From: a virus
Taxonomy: Duplodnaviria > Heunggongvirae > Uroviricota > Caudoviricetes
Reading direction: 5' to 3' (one strand)
DNA: 29,651 nucleotides
IMG/VR virus record: IMGVR_UViG_2563366842_000009
This document shows positions 25,553-29,651 of the stretch, in pieces; the stretch's first letter is position 1; each line of letters starts with the position of its first letter. The notes beneath the pieces are model-generated. The model saw only the letters and a program-made list of their open reading frames with translations. It did no database searches and was not told where the DNA came from. Position numbers and translations under genes: made by a program.

Positions 25553-27986
25553 TAACCTGAGGCTTGAGGTATTGCTGAAAGCGGTCGACCAGGCGACCCG
25601 ACCGCTTAAATCTATCCAGACCGCGAGTAAAACCCTGTCGGGTGATATTCGCACCACACAAAAAGGGCTGCGTGACCTGAATGGTCAGGCGTCGAAAATC
25701 GACGGCTTTCGTAAGACAAGTGCGCAACTGGCCGTAACCGGTCAGGCGCTTGAAAAAGCGAAACGTGAAGCCGAGGAGCTTGCCACCCAATTTAAAAATA
25801 CCGAACGGCCAACGCGTGCGCAGGCGCAGGTGCTTGAATCGGCAAAACGTGCGGCTGATGGTCTGCAGGTCAAATACAACAGCCTCACCGAGTCGGTAAA
25901 ACGCCAGCAACGCGAACTGGGTGCTGCCGGAATCAATACCCGCAACCTTGCTAATGACGAGCGAGGATTAAAAAACCGCATCAGTGAAACGACAGCACAA
26001 CTCAACCGGCAGCGCGAGGCGCTGGCGAAGGTCAGCGCACAGCAGGCGCACTTAAACCGCGTGAAAGAACGATATAAATCAGGTAAGGAGCTTGCCGGTA
26101 ACATGGCCGCAGCAGGCGCTGCCGGGGTAGGTATTGCGACAGCGGGAACGATGGCCGGGGTTAAATTGCTGATGCCCGGTTATGACTTTGCGCAGAAAAA
26201 TTCCGAGCTGCAGGCTGTGCTCGGGGTCGATAAGCAGTCGCCAGAAATGGAGGCGTTACGCAAACAGGCACGCCAGCTCGGTGACAATACCGCCGCTTCT
26301 GCAGATGATGCAGCCAGTGCGCAAATTATCATTGCAAAAGGTGGCGGTGATGCGGCAGCTATAGCGGCCATGACACCTGTGACTCTCAACCTGTCACTTG
26401 CGAACAGAAAAACAATGGAGGAAAACGCGCAACTGTTGATGGGGACAAAAGCCGCCTTTCAGCTTTCTAATGACGCGGCTGCGCATATCGGTGATGTTCT
26501 TTCAACCACGATGAACAAAACCACCGCTGATTTTCAGGGACTAAGTGACTCATTAAGTTACCTTGCCCCTGTTGCGAAAAATGCTGGAGTGAGTCTTGAA
26601 CAAGCGGCGGCGATTACCGGCACACTTCATGATAATAACATCAGGGGGTCAATGGCTGGGACGGGCGGCGCTGCTGTTATAACGAGACTACAGGCACCCA
26701 CAGGCAAAGCATACGATGCTCTCAAGGAGTTGGGAGTTAAAACCTCGGACAGCAAAGGCAATACGCGCCCATTATTTACCATCCTGAAAGAAATGCAGGC
26801 CAGTTTTAAGCGCAACAATCTTGGTACCTCACAAAAGGCCGAGTACGTGAAAACGATATTCGGCGAGGAGGCTATGAAGTCTGCAAGTGTCCTTATGGCG
26901 GCAGCAGCAAGCGGAAAACTCGATAAGCTAACTGCCACGATAAAGGATTCAGACGGTAAAACAGAGGAACTGGTCAAGGTTATGCAGGATAACCTCGGCG
27001 GCGACTTTAAAGAGTTTCAATCCGCTTATGAGGCCGTCGGCACCGACCTCTACGACCAGCAAGATAGCTCATTGCGTCAGCTAACTCAGACAGCAACGCG
27101 GTATGTGCTAAAGCTTGATGACTGGATCAAAGACAACAAGGAGTTAGCGGAAACTATCGGCATCATCGCCGGTGGTGCACTGGCTCTGATTGGTATCATC
27201 GGCGGTATTGGCCTCGTTGCGTGGCCGGTTGTTATGGGGATTAACGCCATTATCGCTGCTGCTGGCGTGCTGGGTACGGTCTTTACTGTCACCGGAGGTG
27301 CCATTGTGACCGCACTCGGCGCGATTACCTGGCCGATTGTCGCAGCGGGGGCGGCGATTGTGGCCGGGGCGCTACTCATCCGTAAATATTGGGAGCCCAT
27401 CAGCGCATTTTTCTCGGGAGTGATTGAGGGCATCATGAGCGCCTTTGCCCCTGTCGGGGAAATGTTCGCTCCACTGGCTCCCATTTTTGATGGTCTCGGC
27501 GAGAAACTGCGCGGTGTCTGGCAGTGGTTTAAAGACCTGATAGCACCGGTCAAGGCCACGCAGGAAACGCTCGATAGCTGCAAAAATGTTGGCGTCATAT
27601 TTGGTCAGGCGCTAGCCGATGCTCTGATGTTGCCTCTGAATATTTTCAATAAGCTGCGTGGTGGCCTCGATGTAATTCTCGAAAAACTAGGCCTCGTTAA
27701 AAAAGAATCGAGCAGCATTGATAAGGAAACAGCGAAAGTACCGCCGGTTGGTCAGGGTGGAGGATATATTCCGACGACCAGTTCGCTTGGTGGATATCGG
27801 GCTTATCAGCCCGTCACGGCTCCCGCTGGCCGTACCTACATTGACCAAAGCAGCCCAACCTATCAAATCACCCTGTCGGGTGGTGGCGCTCCGGGCGGTC
27901 AGTTGGGTAATCAGTTGCAGGATGCGTTAGAAAAGTATGAACGCGACAAGCGAGCCAAAGCCCGCGCCAGCATGATGCACGATTGA
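25545..27986 (+). CDS. T: Tail tape measure protein (P2 gpT family)
   Basis: 813 aa, coiled-coil-rich, with a long Gly/Ala/Ile-rich hydrophobic segment typical of tape-measure proteins; synteny. Confidence 0.9.
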   Translation: MSNNLRLEVLLKAVDQATRPLKSIQTASKTLSGDIRTTQKGLRDLNGQASKIDGFRKTSAQLAVTGQALEKAKREAEELATQFKNTERPTRAQAQVLESAKRAADGLQVKYNSLTESVKRQQRELGAAGINTRNLANDERGLKNRISETTAQLNRQREALAKVSAQQAHLNRVKERYKSGKELAGNMAAAGAAGVGIATAGTMAGVKLLMPGYDFAQKNSELQAVLGVDKQSPEMEALRKQARQLGDNTAASADDAASAQIIIAKGGGDAAAIAAMTPVTLNLSLANRKTMEENAQLLMGTKAAFQLSNDAAAHIGDVLSTTMNKTTADFQGLSDSLSYLAPVAKNAGVSLEQAAAITGTLHDNNIRGSMAGTGGAAVITRLQAPTGKAYDALKELGVKTSDSKGNTRPLFTILKEMQASFKRNNLGTSQKAEYVKTIFGEEAMKSASVLMAAAASGKLDKLTATIKDSDGKTEELVKVMQDNLGGDFKEFQSAYEAVGTDLYDQQDSSLRQLTQTATRYVLKLDDWIKDNKELAETIGIIAGGALALIGIIGGIGLVAWPVVMGINAIIAAAGVLGTVFTVTGGAIVTALGAITWPIVAAGAAIVAGALLIRKYWEPISAFFSGVIEGIMSAFAPVGEMFAPLAPIFDGLGEKLRGVWQWFKDLIAPVKATQETLDSCKNVGVIFGQALADALMLPLNIFNKLRGGLDVILEKLGLVKKESSSIDKETAKVPPVGQGGGYIPTTSSLGGYRAYQPVTAPAGRTYIDQSSPTYQITLSGGGAPGGQLGNQLQDALEKYERDKRAKARASMMHD

Positions 27987-27999
27987 GGAGACACAGCTT

Positions 28000-28485
28000 A
28001 TGATGCTTGCACTAGGAATGTTTGTGTTTGAACGCCGCACCCTGCCTTATCAGTCGATGCAACACTCGAAGGGTTACCGCTGGGTGTCTAATGACAGGGT
28101 TGGTAAACCTCCCGCTTATCAGTTTCTCGGTGAGGGGGAAACCTCCATTCAGCTTGCCGGTACACTTTACCCTGCCATTACCGGTGGCCGTATATCACTG
28201 AGGGCTGTTGAACTGATGGCCGACGAGGGCAGAGCGTGGCCGCTGATTGAGGGTACCGGCAATATCCTCGGGATGTATATCGTCGATAAAGTCTCGACTA
28301 CACACACCGAGTTTTTCAGTGATGGCGCGGCCAGAAAGATTGATTTCACACTTTCGCTGAAACGGGTCGACGAATCACTGGCGGCGATGTTTGGCGACCT
28401 GAATAAGCAGGCAGGCGAACTGCTTGGCTCTGCCGGTAATCTGACCGATAAGCTGCAGGGTATGCTCGGAGGGCTGACCGCATGA
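28000..28485 (+). CDS. U: Tail protein U (P2 gpU family)
   Basis: 161 aa; follows T; ATGA-coupled to D. Confidence 0.85.
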   Translation: MMLALGMFVFERRTLPYQSMQHSKGYRWVSNDRVGKPPAYQFLGEGETSIQLAGTLYPAITGGRISLRAVELMADEGRAWPLIEGTGNILGMYIVDKVSTTHTEFFSDGAARKIDFTLSLKRVDESLAAMFGDLNKQAGELLGSAGNLTDKLQGMLGGLTA

Positions 28486-29651
28486 TGACGGGCATGACCA
28501 TTGACGCCGGGGCAAGCCTTGCACCGGCATTTATGCTGACACTGAACAGCCAGGACATTACCAGCAATTTTAGTGACCGGTTGATTTCTCTCACTATGAC
28601 CGACAACCGGGGTTTTGAAGCTGACCAGCTAGACATTGAGCTCGACGATACTGACGGCAAAGTCGAGTTACCACTGCGCGGCGCGGTGCTGACGCTGTGG
28701 CTTGGCTGGCAGGGTTCGGCACTTCTGAATAAGGGCGATTTCACGGTTGATGAGATTGAGCACCGAGGCGCGCCTGATACGCTGACCATTCGTGCGCGTA
28801 GCGCAGATTTTCGCGGAACACTCAATTCACGGCGTGAGGAATCATGGCACGACACCACTCTCGGTGAGCTGGTCAGCGCCATCGCAAAACGCAATAAACT
28901 GACGGCCAGCGTCGCGGATTCGCTGAAAAAAATCCCGGTACCGCATATTGACCAGTCGCAGGAGTCCGACGCAGTATTTTTGACCAGACTGGCTGAGCGC
29001 AACGGGGCGGCAGTATCAGTGAAAGCGGGGAAATTGCTGTTTCTGAAAGCCGGTAGCGCAGTGACGGCCAGCGGTAAACCCGTCCCACAAATGACACTGA
29101 CCCGCGGTGATGGTGACCGTCATCAGTTTGCCATTGCCGACCGTGGGGCTTATACCGGCGTAACGGCAAAATGGTTGCACACCAAAGACCCTAAGCCGCA
29201 AAAGCAAAAGGTAACGCTGAAACGTAAACCAAAAGAGAAGCACCTGCGCGCACTGGAACACCCGAAAGCAAAGCCGGTCAGCAAAAAGACAAAAGCCAAA
29301 AAAGAGCAGGAAGCGCGCGAGGGTGAGTATATGGCCGGTGAGGCTGATAACGTGCTGGCGCTGACGACGGTCTACGCTTCAAAGGCTCAGGCGATGCGAG
29401 CAGCTCAGGCTAAGTGGGATAAGTTGCAGCGAGGCGTTGCGGAGTTTTCAATTACGCTGGCGCTCGGTCGAGCTGATTTATTCCCTGAGACACCAGTGCG
29501 CGTGTCGGGCTTTAAGCGTGTCATAGATGAGCAGGCATGGTTAATCAGTAAGGTAACTCACAATCTGAATAATAATGGATTCACGACGGGCTTAGAGCTT
29601 GAGGTTAAGCTCTCCGATGTGGAGTACAGCTCAGAGGAAAGCGAAAGCTGA
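28482..29651 (+). CDS. D: Tail protein D (late tail gene, P2 gpD family)
   Basis: 389 aa, complete, with the stop codon forming the last 3 nt of the window; contains a Lys-rich segment (KPKPQKQKVTLKRKPKEKH...). Confidence 0.85.
   Translation: MMTGMTIDAGASLAPAFMLTLNSQDITSNFSDRLISLTMTDNRGFEADQLDIELDDTDGKVELPLRGAVLTLWLGWQGSALLNKGDFTVDEIEHRGAPDTLTIRARSADFRGTLNSRREESWHDTTLGELVSAIAKRNKLTASVADSLKKIPVPHIDQSQESDAVFLTRLAERNGAAVSVKAGKLLFLKAGSAVTASGKPVPQMTLTRGDGDRHQFAIADRGAYTGVTAKWLHTKDPKPQKQKVTLKRKPKEKHLRALEHPKAKPVSKKTKAKKEQEAREGEYMAGEADNVLALTTVYASKAQAMRAAQAKWDKLQRGVAEFSITLALGRADLFPETPVRVSGFKRVIDEQAWLISKVTHNLNNNGFTTGLELEVKLSDVEYSSEESES

Larger units (their letters stand above)
172..29651. mobile_element. 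186-like (P2-family) temperate myovirus prophage, left end through tail gene D; ogr/B and attR lie beyond the window
   Basis: Contiguous syntenic set int, CI, Apl/CII, replicase A, cos, Q-P / O-N-M-L, lysis cassette, R-S, V-W-J-I-H-G, FI-FII-E/E'-T-U-D, with proteins recognisably similar (from memory) to P2 and 186 proteins. Backbone is GC-rich with discrete low-GC islands. Confidence 0.9.

Noticed and set aside
25503-26104. Minus-strand ORFs (135 aa and 120 aa) inside the tape-measure gene
   Set aside because: Antisense to T, which is supported by synteny, size and the E/E' frameshift leading into it.
28346-29002. 218-aa minus-strand ORF overlapping U and D
   Set aside because: Antisense to conserved tail genes; Ser/Arg-rich low-complexity product.

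Overview
The window is almost entirely one P2-family temperate myovirus prophage of the coliphage 186 type, running from the integrase (172..1221, minus strand) to the end of tail gene D (29651). The right end of the prophage (ogr/B-like late activator, attR) lies beyond the window, and attL cannot be delineated in 1..171. Gene order is int - [secreted moron] - CI repressor <- -> Apl/Cox-like - CII - early/replication operon (small coupled ORFs, TraR-like, ASCH-like, rolling-circle replicase A) - LexA-box SOS operon (Tum/DinI-like) - accessory hotspot gene - cos - Q P (minus) - O N M L X - holin, endolysin, spanins - R S - V W J I H G - FI FII E/E' T U D. Structural and lysis genes were identified by recalled similarity to P2/186 proteins and by conserved synteny and translational coupling; no database search was run. 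Three low-GC cargo insertions interrupt the backbone. The most interesting is a 312-aa orphan gene (8198..9136, minus) at the old/tin position between replicase A and cos, a locus known to carry anti-phage systems in P2-like prophages; I cannot assign it to any family and consider it the best candidate for an undescribed defence gene. Other points are a CI repressor with a tandemly duplicated N-terminal DNA-binding domain, an in-frame TAG splitting the SOS antirepressor-like reading frame, and a signal-peptide protein inserted between cI and int.
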